Of a stretch of 64,000 bases of DNA, positions 23,497 to 36,588 are shown one piece after another; within the stretch, counting starts at the first letter, position 1; each line of letters begins with the position of its first letter. Under the pieces are notes generated by a model. That model was not told where the DNA came from. It did not search any database and saw only the letters and a list, made by a program, of their open reading frames with translations. Source of the stretch: Octopus vulgaris. Lineage: Eukaryota. The stretch is taken from contig OX597829.1 in the NCBI GenBank assembly GCA_951406725.2, positions 20,150,001-20,214,000 of the forward strand. Direction: 5' to 3'. A program made the position numbers and the translations under genes.

Positions 23497-25515
23497 TTTG
23501 TGCCATGTAAAAACTCTCTAAAATGAGGAGATTGTGTATGCTCTGTAGAGGGTTAGGAATTGGTGGTTAGAAGTATTTTCTGATCCTGGAGAGGAAGGTC
23601 AGTCTTTATTGTGTTTAACTGAGAATGGAAGGCACAAAGACTGCATACTAAGGCAAATCTTTCCAATCGGTAAGAAAACAAAACAAATAAAATCAGAATT
23701 TACAAAATTCCCTCCCTCATTTTCATAGTTTAGGACCTATATATTATCATAGGATGCATTTAGTTCAGGGACATGTAGATATGATGGCCAATGATAAATT
23801 GTCATGCATTTAACTCCTGATTGCGAAATGATGTTACTGTTTGGAAATATGACTTTTAGGAAAATCTGGATGTTTGCTATACAAGGAGTTATCCTATTGG
23901 GAAAAAAGTTTTAAATCAAAAATTTTTTTTGAATTACTGCTTTCTGTATAGATTGACAATAAACAGTCAGTCAAATATTCCTTGGATAACTATCCTTTGC
24001 ATTTAAACTGGCCATATCCAGTCCAATATTCTATTTTATATTCAAACCGGCTAGATCCAGCCTCTCATTCTAAAAATAAACATGTCCTTGAAATTTCAAA
24101 GCTATGAGATTATGCTTGATTAATTCAAAACAACTAAGCATTATAGTTGATAGTGATCTGATTGAAAGGAATATGTATGTGTGTGTGTCCCTTTAGGATT
24201 TGAACCATGTCTGACAAATATTCTACCTGTTTTATGTTCAATCTGGCCTCATACACTTACCCTCTAATGTCATTCTAAAAATAAACAATCACAAAGCTAT
24301 GAGATTAATTGAAAACAATAAATAAGCATTACATTTGACAGAGCAACCTTGATGCTAAAGGAGTTTAACCCTTTTGATACCAACCCGGCTGAAACCGTCC
24401 CTGGCTCTGTGGTACAAATGTCTAGTTTTTGTAAGTTTTGAATTAAAATCTTCCACCAAACCTTAGTCAAAATTTATGTTCCTAACACTAGCTTAATGAT
24501 AACTAAGTTATTTTACTAAATTCTTTCTTATATTTAAAGTAATTGAAAGAAACACAGAGCATCTCAACAGAAATATGGTAACGAAAGGGTTTAGACCAAC
24601 AAATTATCTTCCAAGCATTGATATCTGTTTAGTCAACTATACTCTTCCCCATTGACTTCATTTAGTGTGAAGAAGTGCATCGAGCTGTAGAAACATCAAA
24701 ACAAACATTGGAGCAATTCTTGGTTACATCAAATCTTGTCAAACCATGCAACCCATACCAGGATGGAGCATGGACATTAAATGAACTCCAGCATAGAAAG
24801 AGATAAATGTATATAACAGAGTTTGGGAGGATTTTCAATCTACCAAATTATACTCACATGGCATTTGTCAACAAGACACTTAACCTAGGATGCTAATCAG
24901 TGGGAATAAAGCTGTAAACCAATGGTTCTCAATGGTACTGCTCCCTTCAGAGCTGTAGAATGATGCAGGGAAGTGTTGGAGAAAATTGGGGCAATAATGG
25001 GGTGGCCAAAAGGGGATGATGGATGAAAAAGAAACACCAAAATGATGGATTAATTAGGTAAAGTTTTATTCATGAAATACAGTTTTGAATCTGCTGCAGA
25101 AATTGAATTGTGATGGTTGGGAGGGCACTAGGAATGTGGCTTTGATGCCAAGGGGATTGCAACCTGAAAAAGCTAGAGAACCATTTTGTTGCAACGTGGA
25201 CTTCTTAGACTCTCAGTAATACCTGCAACTGAAACAAAAAAATGTACTACAAACAATGAGAGATGAGGGTGGGGATAATGTTTGCTAAGCACTAATGAAT
25301 AAAAGTTTAAATTCTGATTTTATTTGTTTTGTTTTCTTACCGATTGGAAAGATTTGCCTTAGTATGCAGTCTTTGTGCCTTCCATTCTCAATTGAACACA
25401 ATAAAGACTGACCTTCCTCTCCAGGATCAGAAAATACTTCTAACTACCAATTCCTAACCCTCTACAGAGCATACACAATCTCCTCATTTTAAAGAGAGTT
25501 TTTACATGGCATAAA
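23497..25515. repeat. About 205-bp near-perfect inverted repeat pair (23497-23702 and 25308-25515)
   Basis: tgccatgtaaaaactctc...aatcagaattta matches the reverse complement of taaattctgatt...gagagtttttacatggca with only a few differences. Confidence 0.92.
24365..24593. mobile_element. piggyBac-type MITE, family B
   Basis: TTAA|CCCTTTTGATACC...GGTAACGAAAGGG|TTTA. Highly similar to 52651-52881. Confidence 0.75.
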
Positions 25516-25689
25516 TATTCTAAATTGTATCCAGGAATATATCTAATTGCTTGCCAATACATTCTGATCTCTGGTTCAAAGACATGCTGTTATTTCTCTT
25601 TGCTTTTTCTATTAAAACTATGGTGTTCAACAGAGCTGATTAGTCACCTCCACTAGTGAGTGCACTTTCATCCGTATATCCCTTCACGA

Positions 25690-28200
25690 GCTACTATAAT
25701 AATTAAATTATTGTATACTGTGCTCAGGTGCACTACAACTTGTCAAAAGTGCATATAAAGCATATGCAGTAATGTACAAATGTCTGGAAAGTGAACAGTA
25801 TATGAGTCAGATACATGTTTGCATATGTATGGAAGGGAGAAAATCAGGTGTAGTGTTAGCAAATCTCAGGAAGCATGGAAGTTTTGAAGGATGCAGTGCT
25901 CTGACAACTAACAGTTGATGCCGGCAGTTTGTTCCATGCTTCAGCAACTCTTAGCATGAAAAAATGTTTCCGAAAGTCATGGGAGCTGTGCTATTTTCTG
26001 ACTTTGTAAACGTCGACAATAATGAGATTAGTGTTGTGGAGAGAGTAAGTAGACGCTGGGTTTTTCCTCCCAAAATGCATGGTGGTACATTTGTCCACAG
26101 CCAGCCCATGATCCACTGCTGCATTGTGTCCAGGTCTGATTGCAATAAAGATCTATAGTGTACAGGATCTGTCCTCTTTATTTCGAGGTACAGCTTGATG
26201 TCATCTGCATATTTCAGCACTGTAGCATTCTTTAAGTTGGCATCTATGTCATTAACATATGCAACAAGTAAAAGGGGGCCAAGAACAGATCCCTGTGGTA
26301 CACCAGATGTCATATCTCATATGGTGAAGAGCGCTGTCCTAGAGCTGTGACAACCTCTTTTCGGCCGATAATGAAGGACTTCAACCAGTTATAGAGATCA
26401 TCTCTTACACCCATTGCAGAGTTTCACCATAAGTCTTTTGTGTGGCACAGAATTAAAAGCCTTAGCAAAGTCCAGGTAAACAACATCCACTCAGGTACCG
26501 CGATCAGTGATTCGGGTAATGTCCTCAGGAAACTCAATGAGTCGATTACAGCAGCTGGAGTTAGGAATAAATCCAAATTGTGACAGCTGGATGAGGCAGT
26601 GAGACTTCCAGAGGGTTTCTCTGACACAGAATTTCATCAGTTTGGCAATGTAGCTAGTAAGACTGACGGGGCAATAGTTGACAGGCAATGTGCAGTCACC
26701 TTTTTTGAACAGTTTTCCACTGCTCAGGAGTAACACCATTTTCAAGACAGAGTTGAAAGAATAGTGAAAGTTGGTTTAGAAGAAAGTACCCACCGTGTTT
26801 GAGAAGTAGGTATGTAACACCATCAAGACCAGGAGAGGTATAGTTACGTTTATTCTTAAGGTGGCGTTGTAGCATTGCTGGTGTAAGTTTCATAGTTATA
26901 GTTATAGTCTCAGAGGTGATGGAGATGGAACATTTTGATCTTCGACAGTAAAGATGCCTACATAGCGTCCAGCAATGATTTCTGTACATTCTTTGGGATT
27001 GCCAGTAATCTGTCCTGTGTGGGGATGGCGAAGGGGACCAACTGGAGAGTGAGGTCTCTGCTTTGAGTGTACATACTTCCAGAACACTTTGCTGTCAGGG
27101 TCGGTTGTTATGCACTGTTCGAATTCAAGCACTGCCTTTTCTGTCAACTGCTTGAGATGGTTGGCTGATCTATTGCACTTTTTCCTGTTGATCTCTGATT
27201 TGTTCATTTTATATTCCGGTTCAGCATTACAGCATTCTTTCCTGTCAAGTCGGACTGCTGCAGTCTCCCAAATTGCACTATTGGGTGTTTTTTTGTGCTT
27301 GTGTGGTACCGATGCTGCACATGCTATCCATATTGAATTCAGAATGTTCTGAAGTATAGTGTTCATATCTCCAGAGGCATAAAATTCGAGCCAGTTTGGG
27401 CGTTGCAGCTCGGTGCAATAAGAGTTCCAGTCAAAGATGGTTGTAGATTTTGTTACAACCAATCAGAGACAAGTCGGCCATGATCATGGAATGATCAGAG
27501 TCACCTAAAGGTTCTTCAGTAGTGACACTAATGATTGTTTCAGGAGAAGCGGTAAGTAGCAGATCCAAAGTGTTGTTGCCCCTTGTGGGGGAGGTAACGA
27601 CTTGGGACCAATTTGAATTCAGCACCAGTTCAAGGAAATCGTCTGCACTTTGCGCCTCCCAGTCAATCTCAGGGAAATTGAAGTCCACCGCAATATAAAC
27701 ATAAGTGGCTGTTTTCATGGCAGCAACTCTGAGGGTATCAAAAAGTTGTGTGTCTTGATGATAATTTGTGGGGCGGTAAACAACTCCAAGTAGAAGTGTT
27801 GACATGGTCATGTGTATATTGCAGAAAAATACTTCCTGTTGAGATTAGTTCAAATCATCACAAGGAATTGCCGATTTGATCGAACATAAACCATCACACC
27901 CGCTCCACGGCGATTAATGCGGTCTTTGCGGAACAGGTTGTAGCCCGCTATGCTGAAAACCCTATCAGAGTGCAGAATGTGCCCATGTTTCCATGACTGT
28001 GATGAAATCTGGGTTGATACTTTTGACGTAAGAGTCAAAAAGATGTACCTTGTTGCATAAACTACGGGCATTTAAGGACAAAATGGTTGTTGTCTCCTTG
28101 CATATTTTCCCGTTCAAGAGGAATATCAACCACATTTATCTCACCAGTGCAGGCGGCCTGTAGGGTAGCAATGTATATATTCTTTCTACAATTAATCCAT
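25690..28200 (-). mobile_element. Decayed CR1/L2-group LINE ORF2 (second family)
   Basis: RKDRINRRGAGVMVYV, VYRP, DFNFP, TLDLLL, SDH (APE); SPGLDG, NYCPVSLTS, TSGVPQGSVLGPLL, KYADD (RT). Frameshifted. Confidence 0.9.
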
Positions 28201-29219
28201 TAAAAAAGGAAAAAAGCACCTATTCATCATCTATTTACACCTTAAATTTCTGTATGACCCCGTACAGCATCTGTCAGCTCGCCCCTAAATACACGGTATC
28301 ACAAAATATTGGGCTAACCTCGATTACGTTCATTTTTGAATGGAGCAAGACATTTTCTAATGTAAGGGAGAAAACTCTAACCACTTCTATCATTGATTTC
28401 TGTTCTGTAGCAAAAATCACTTTAGGACTAGCGCCTTCGACGAGATATCAAGCGTTAAAAAATTTGATGAACTAAAGGAAATAGCTGAAATAGGGCAATA
28501 GTAGAAACTGTGATGAGTCAAGAGATGATGCTTTAAGTGACATAAACAAAAAATTCGCTTCTGATAGAAATTCATTTCCTGAGTTGTAGAAAGAAAATAA
28601 GATCTTGGTGGTATTTCTTAGCAACTCTTAAAGAAGAGGGGAGATCATTATGAGAAAAATCTGATCTTTGCAGATCGAGGGTATGTTTTGTCTATTGAAC
28701 GCCATCAGCACAACAGTCCATTCAAGCCTGCTTGAAACCTTTAGCATTTAAACGAGTTATATCTGACCTAAACATTTCATCTATTTTATGTTCAAACTAA
28801 TCAGATCCAGCCTTTCATCCCTACCCTAAAATATTATTTAAAGATAAACAATCACATCATTGAAATCTTGTGTGCTGATACCATGGAAAAAGCACCTGTG
28901 CCGGCATCACAAAACCACCCATGCCGGCGTCATATAAAAAGCACCAAGTACACTCTGTAAACTGGTTGGTATTAGGAAAGGCATCCCATCATAGAAGCTA
29001 TACCAATACAGATCAGTGGAGCCTGGTGCAACCCACCAGCTTGCCAGCTCCTGTCAAACAATCCAACCCATACCTGTATGGAAAAATAGATGTTGCATGT
29101 ATAAAATGCAAAATATTTTATTTTTTGTAGATTAGGTTGGCATAATTCACTCCTACCTTTCAATCTCTGTATTTAAGCTACAAATAGTACTGCTGCAGTA
29201 CACATACTGTGTACACTCC

Positions 29220-29276
<57 letters not shown>

Positions 29277-29939
29277 ACACTACATATATATATATATATG
29301 TACACTACATATATATATGTATACTGCTACATTATTCATCTACTAGCTGTTGAGGCATTTTAAAATGTGTTTAGATTAAAATAATAGACATCTTTAGGGT
29401 TTATTTATAACGCAATGAAGCAAATAGTAATAGTTTGGATTTTTAAAGTGCCAGACTCTGTGATTCTCAATGAAAATTCATGTCAGGTGTTCTTTCTTTT
29501 TTTTTTTTTTTTGATTATTACTATTCTATTTATTAATTTTTTTAAAATAAAAATCTTGCACTCAGTTCTTATGGAAGACAAACAGCTTACATGAAAACTG
29601 CCACCTGGTGCACTTTGAAACATGTCAAAACAAAATATAGTGGTGATATTGTTTGTCTTGACATTTCTGACACCTGAAGTGAATAACACTACCCCATTCT
29701 TTTCCAGCTGCCAGAAAATGAGGAAGCCTCAATGTGATAATTAACTGCTTGAAATAACAGCCAAATCTACCTCAGCATGCTGCTATCTAAAAAAAAAAAA
29801 AAATTTTAAGCCACATTGGACAACATACTATAGCTTTAGTATAGAAAAAAGACAGTATGTTCATAGCTGGAGTGCTTTTGATAATAAACCTATGTGATCA
29901 GTATGTGTTTTGGGTTCAACAGCAACTACAATCATCTCA

Positions 29940-30950
29940 GTAATAGATGTTTGTTGACATGGAGAAGCCTTTGACATGGTCCCTTGCTCTCTCATCAAGT
30001 GGTCAGTGAAGAAACTAGGTGTAGACGAATGGGCTGGAGGGAGCTGTCCAAGCCATCTACAGGAGTGCTGTCAGTAAGGTAAAAGTCATTTAGTGTGCAA
30101 GTAGGAATTTGTGAGGACTTGGTTGTTCTCAAACCCCATATGATTATCATAGTCCTCCAGGCCATATCAGAGGGATTTAAAAGTGGTTTCCCATGAGAAG
30201 TCGTCTATGCTGATGACCTTGTCCTTATAGTGGCATCACTATTAGAATTAGAGGAAAATTTCAAGTGAGGAAGCAAGGCTTAGAATCAAAGGGCCTTACA
30301 GTTAATTTAGCAAAGACCAAGGTACTAGTAAGCAGGAAAGCAGACAAATTAGTAACCCTTTCAGGAAAATGGCCTTGCTCAATATATAGAAAACATGTAG
30401 GTAGAAATTTCACTCAGAGTACTTAGTGTAAACTAAGGACACATCAAAAATGCAGTGGAATCACAAGAAACTTGACAGAGACAATATTCTTTGTGTGTAT
30501 CAGATATTCAGGAACTATAGACATTAAGAAAACAAAGAAAATAGATTTCCTCTAATGCTCCGGAGGATCCTAAGAGATAGTAGATAGTTTCTGTTACCTA
30601 GGTCATTAAATTAGCAGTGAAGGAAAACACTCTGAAAGCATAGTTGATAGAATAAGGACCAGCTGACCAAGGTTCAAAGAGCTGGTAACAAAAGTAGATT
30701 GTATAATGCTTGTGTATGAACAGCTATGCCACATGGTAGTGAAATGTGGCTTGCGAATGCAGAGGACATGTGAAGGCTGAAAACAAATGAAGCCAACATG
30801 CTCTGCTGGATGTGCATTGTCAGTATGCATGTATGACAATGTGTAAATATGTTGGGAGAATAAGCGGCATCAGAGGAGATAGTGCTGCATATGGATGAAG
30901 ACAGCTACATAAAAAAGTGCAAATTACTAGATGTGGAGGGAACCTGTATT
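29940..30950 (+). mobile_element. Highly decayed RTE-clade LINE fragment
   Basis: FVDMEKPLT (DLEKAFD-like), YADDLVL and GLTVNLAKTKVL segments, similar to the minus-strand remnant at 36589-38250. Confidence 0.7.
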
Positions 30951-31057
30951 GCACACTTACCTTATCCAACCCTCTATACCCCTTCAACTATAAACTTCTG
31001 GGATAACTCAAGTGTATGCTATCATATTTTCCCCATCTTCTTTCTCTCTCTCTCTGA

Positions 31058-31087
<30 letters not shown>

Positions 31088-31089
<2 letters not shown>

Positions 31090-31577
31090 TAATAGTTATC
31101 GCCATACTTATATGGCAGTCTTATAAATATAAGACTAAAGCTGTCGCTGATTAGCTCCAAGAGGCCACTGCCTCAAGCTAGCTATTTGACACACAACCTG
31201 CGTCCATTATAAACCTTCGAACAAGTGGATGTATTCCACTGAAACTAGGTAAATAGATTCTTCGAACAGGGACAGTCAGTAGCGACACCTGCTGGGTCTG
31301 ACTATGCTGCATTGATAAAGAGCAAATACCCTGAAACATGTCTGCAGCTGTCTGACTGGCAGGATGAAGCAGCTGACCTCCCCTGTTCGAAGGTTTATAA
31401 TGGACGCAGGTTGTGTGTCAAATAGCTAGCTTGAGGCGGTGGCCTCTTGGAGCTAATCAGCAATAGCTTTAGTCTTATATTTATAAGACTGCCATATAAG
31501 TATGGCGATAACTATTAATTTCCAGTAACGCTGCCGTAATCTCCTTTAGAGAGACTTAGTAATTTTAATATTTCTAT
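31088..31577 (+). mobile_element. Penelope-like non-autonomous element: 136-bp inverted arms around a hammerhead-containing spacer
   Basis: Arms at 31088-31223 and 31384-31519 with about 3 mismatches, an unpaired 3' tail to about 31577, and (TA)n on both sides. The inverted partial-repeat architecture and a minimal hammerhead are PLE hallmarks. Confidence 0.65.
31306..31348 (+). ncRNA. Minimal type-I hammerhead ribozyme motif (U3:A8 core variant)
   Basis: GCTGCA-TTGATAA-AGAG caaata CCCT-GAAA-C at G-TC-TGCAGC. It has a 6-bp stem I, a stem II with one mismatch, GAAA, a palindromic ACATGT stem III and a GUC cleavage triplet. Confidence 0.65.
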
Positions 31578-31798
31578 TATATATATATTCTTTTATTCTT
31601 TTTTTTATTCGTCTCAGTCATTTGACTGTGGCCACGTTGGAGCACCACCTTTATTAGAGCGAATCGATCACAGGACTTATTCTTTGTAAGCCTAGTACTT
31701 ATTCTATTGGTCTCTTTTGCCGAACTGCTAAGTTGCGGGAATGTAAACACACCACCATCGGTTGTGAAGCGATGGTGGGGGGACAAACACAGACACAC

Positions 31799-31853
<55 letters not shown>

Positions 31854-32047
31854 AATTGAGATAGGGGTTGTGAGTTCAACGCTGTACTTATTGTATCTTA
31901 TTACTCATTGATGTACATTGTTTTGTTCTATATTATTATGTTTGACCTTAATGTTCATATGTAGTGGTTTAATAAATTATGTGATTGGGTATTATCTGGT
32001 AGTTGATTATTGATTAAGATGTATTTCTCCATTTCCTTATTTTGTAT

Positions 32048-32078
<31 letters not shown>

Positions 32079-32079
32079 G

Positions 32080-32120
<41 letters not shown>

Positions 32121-34685
32121 CAAGCTTCTTTCAGTTTCCGTCAACCAAATCCACTCACAAAGCTTTGGTTGGCCCAAGACTACAGTAGAAGACACTTACC
32201 AAAGGTGCTACGCAGTGGGATTGAACCCAGAACCATGTGGTTGGTAAGCACACAGCCACTCCTGCGCCTGTATATATATATATATATATATATATCCTCT
32301 TTCCCTTTCCACCTGGGATACCCATTTATCACTTCTACTGCAGGACACCTGTTTCTGTTCCTTTATTTATTCTTTGACCTCTCATCTCCTGGTACAAATA
32401 CAGGTGTTATATATATTCTTTTATTTGTTTCAGTCATTTCTCTGCTGCCATGCTGGAGTACTGCCTTAAAGGGTTTTAGTCAAACAAATTGACCCCAGGA
32501 TTTATTCTTTGTAAGCCTAGTACTTATTTCATCAGTCTCGTTTGCTGAACCATTAAGTTATGGGGACATAAACAGACTAGCAGCAGTTGTGAAGCAATGG
32601 GTAGGGGTACAAACACAGGCACACACACATACACACACATACACATATATATAATGGGCTTCTTTTAGTTTCTATCTGCCAAATCCACTCACAAGGCTTT
32701 GGTTGGCCTGAAGCTTATAGTAAAAGACATTTGCCCAAAGTGCCATGCAGTGGGACTGAAACTGGAGCCATGCAGATGGGAAGCAAGCATCTTACCACAC
32801 AGCCACACCTTCACATACATATATACACATACACATGTTTGAGTGTGTGAATAAATATATTTAAAATTTATATTTATCTCCTTATTGTCCACAGGAGACT
32901 AAACACAGAGGGGACAAACAAGGACAGACAAAGGAATTAAGTCAATTACGCTGACCCCAGTGTGCAACTGGTATTTATTTAATCGACCCCAAAAGGATGA
33001 AAGGCAAAGTTGACCATCTCTGGAATTTGAACTCAGAACATAACAACAGAAGTAATACCGCTGAGTATTTCACTCAGCATGCTATCGATTCTGCCAGCTT
33101 ACCGCCCTATAACTTAAAATTTATATTATTTTCCTTTTCTCCTTTGCCTCCTCCTTCTCTCTTCCTCTCCTTCCTCCTCATCATGGTTGGAATTATCTTT
33201 ACCTCTGCTTTCCATGTTAACATGACTCAGTTGGGTTTCCACAGTTAGTCAGCACTCATTTAAGTGGTATTGCTCACCTAGAATAGATTAGCAAACCTCA
33301 TCTAGCTTTCTGCTTATTTTTTGACTACATCCTTATGGTTTTATATCTTTCTTCATACCAAAAATGCATTCAGCTGGGTGGCTGTTTGCAACATCAATGA
33401 ATATTCTATTCACTGTTTCTTCTGTTGGTATGCAATCAATTTTCACCCAGGTACATGGCTTGCTGAGAGTACATACTATTGGAAAAACCCCCAAAAAAGT
33501 TCACATGCATCTGGTGTTCTCATTGGTCACTGCTGGGGTAATTTTCAATGTCCTGATATTTATTGATTTTACTGCAGTGTGCCCATAAGAGATGTTATCT
33601 CAGACAAATACCACAGTAACTTGCCTATCAACTGTGTATATACAGTAAATTTAATATATAGATACCTATCTTAATTTAATTTCAAATTTTGGCACAAGGA
33701 TAGCAATATTGGGGATGAGGAGGTAAGTTGATTACATTGATCCCACTACTTAACTAGTACTTAACTAATCAACCCTGAAATGATGAAAGGCAAAGTTGAC
33801 CTTGGTGGAATTTGAACTCAGAGCATAAAGTGGTTCTGCTAGGCTATCTTAATTTAATACTATCTCAGTTGCATGTACTGAATTTACATATATTCATCCA
33901 TCCATCCATCATCATTATCATCATCTTCATTTAATGTCCATTGTCCTTGCTGGCATGGGTTGGATGATTTGACCAGGGCTGGAAAGCTGGAAGGCTGCAC
34001 CGAACTTCAGTCTTTTGACATGATTTCTATGACTGGAAGCTTTTCCTAACACTGTGAGAGTGTAATTGGTGCTTTTATGTTTCACCAGTACAGGTGTTAT
34101 TTGAGTGACAGCCTGGCATAATGCCAAATGGTCTCAGTCCTTGTCACCATGAGGCCTTACGCTTGAATGGTGCTTTTTATGTGCCATTTGTGTGACACCA
34201 GTATCTGCCACAACTGTGATTTTACTTGGCCTGATGGGTCATCTTCTCAAGTACAACATAAGGCCAAAGGTCTCAGTCATTGCCTCTGTGAGGCCCAACA
34301 TTCGAAAGGAGCTCAACCACTTTGCCTCCATGAGGCTCAATGCTTGAAAGGTGTTTTTACGTGCCACCTGCACAGGTGCCAGTTATGTGATACCAGCATG
34401 GGCCACAACTGGAATTTCACTTGGCTTGACAGGTTTTCTCAAGCACAGCATATCGCTAAAGGTCTCGGTCACTAGTCATTGCCTTTGTGAGACCCAAAGT
34501 TCAGAGATCATGCTTCACCATCTTATCCCATGTCTTCTTGAGTCTACCTCTACCACAGGTTCCTTCTACAGTTAGGGATCAACACTTCTTTACACAGCTG
34601 TCCTCGTCCATAAGCATTACATGACCATACCAGTGCATTCATCTCTCTTGCACACCACATCTGATGCTTCATATGCCTAGCTTTT

Positions 34686-36552
34686 GAGGTGTACAAAACT
34701 CAACGAGACCGAGCCGTGAAAATTGAAAAGAAAGAACGCTTCAGTTATGAATACAAAATCGCGGCAAATGCCAGTAGCAATCCAAAAACCTTCTTTGCCC
34801 ATGTCCAGCGGAATTCCCGCTTGAACAACCAGATTGCAACGTTGGTAGACTCAACAGGCGTATCGATTAAGGACCCTTATCAACAGAGTCAATTATTTGC
34901 CGAGGCTTTTTCAACTATTTTCAAACAAGATGATGGTCGTGAATCCCCTCCATTTGATAGATCGGTACCTCCAATGCTTCGATTGGTCATCACGCGGGAC
35001 GAAGTCAAACGTGTTATTCAAGGCCTCGATGTCAACAAGGGTCACGGCCCTGACGGCATACACCCACGGGTTATCAAAGCGTTGGCTCCGGTCATCTGCG
35101 AGCCCTTAACACGACTATTCAATATGTCATTGGCGACGGGTGTTATACCTGCAGACTGGAGAACAGCGATAATCTGCCCAATTTTCAAGAAAGGGAGCCG
35201 CGAAGACCCGCTTAACTACCGACCGGTTTCCCTTACATCAATAATCAGCAAGATGTTCGAAACCATCCTTAAGAAAAGTATGATGCTCCACCTCCTAAAC
35301 ACAGCCTCTATCTCTGATTCCCAACACGGCTTCGTGCCGAAGAGATCATGCTTGACCAACTTACTAGTAATGGAAGAATTGGTGACGCGCATCCTCGATG
35401 ATAGTGATGCTGTTGACATCGTTTTATTGGACTTTGCCAAAGCTTTTGACTCGGTAAACCACCGCCTATTACTTGTCAAGCTTCAAGCATATAGTTTCCA
35501 TCCGGATATTGTACGATGGGTTGGTGCCTTCCTCTCAGATCGCTCCTTCCAAGTCCAAGTTAATGGTTCGCGGTCCGACGTCTCCAGTGCGAGCAGTGGC
35601 GTGCCTCAAGGTTCAGTGCTTGGGCCCTTGTTGTTCTTAGTCTTCATAAATGACTTGCCCGACGACCTCACGCAACACACCCTTCTATTTGCCGATGATA
35701 TCAAACTGGTCGCTCCTCGCGGTAATATAGAGGATCTTCGTCGATGCCTCCACCAAATTTGGAAGTGGTCTAACGATTGGGACCTGTGTCTGAACGTGTC
35801 AAAGTGCTGTCATCTGCCTGTCGGCTCTACTCCTGCAACTCAACTTGATTTCGAGCCGGGTCGTCTCCTGCTGGAGAGGACCGATCAGGTAAAGGACCTG
35901 GGTATCTTGGTGGATTCCTCCTTTTCGCCTTCGGCCCAGTGCGTCCATGCTGCCAACAAAGCACGCGGAATTCTGTTCTTGATTCGACGGTCATTCGGAA
36001 TGCTCACGGCAGCCATATTCCTACCACTCTATGTCACGCTGGTGAGACCCATATTGTAGTATGGGATTCAAGCCTCTTCTCCTTATCTCCTCAAAGACAT
36101 ACAGCATCTCGAAAGAGTCCAGAAGCTGGCTACCCGCATGGTTCATGGTCTCAAAAATTTGTCCTATGAAGAAAGGCTGAGGACGCTCGACCTTTATTCT
36201 CTTGAAAAACGCCGCCGCCGTGGTGATCTCATTCTCGCCCACAACATCATAAGCAGAAAGTGTAACCTCTCGAAAGAGCTGTTCTTCACTCCTGCTCCAG
36301 AGCGTCAGCTGCAGGGTCATTCCGAAAAGCTCTACCTGCGACGATTTCATCTTAATCAAAGGAGAGGAGCTTTCTCCGTCCGGGTTGCGGATCCGTGGAA
36401 CAAGTTGCCAGACGAGATGGTGAAGATGCCGACGACCGCTTTGTTCAAAGCCTCCCTGGACCTCAAGTGGCCTGAACTCTTTACATGAACATCACCCTGT
36501 ACTTAACTCCATGTCCCCCTACATGGCCTTGCTATTTGCTTTTGAGCCAAAT

Positions 36553-36584
<32 letters not shown>
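34686..36584 (+). mobile_element. Young 5'-truncated CR1/L2-group LINE with a nearly intact RT and a (TAAC)8 tail
   Basis: ORFs 34689-36059 and 36138-36488 are one frame broken by a single TAG at 36057. Motifs GPDGIHP, NYRPVSLTS, QHGF, LDFAKAFDSVNH, GVPQGSVLGPLLF, FADD and PWNKLP. (TAAC)8 at 36553-36584, with a probable TSD ctttt at 34681-34685 and 36584-36588. Confidence 0.95.
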
Positions 36585-36585
<1 letters not shown>

Positions 36586-36588
36586 TTT

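Noticed and set aside
28510-28564. GTGATGA...CTGA C/D-box pair
   Set aside because: Only about 55 nt, no convincing terminal stem, no recognisable guide and no intron context.
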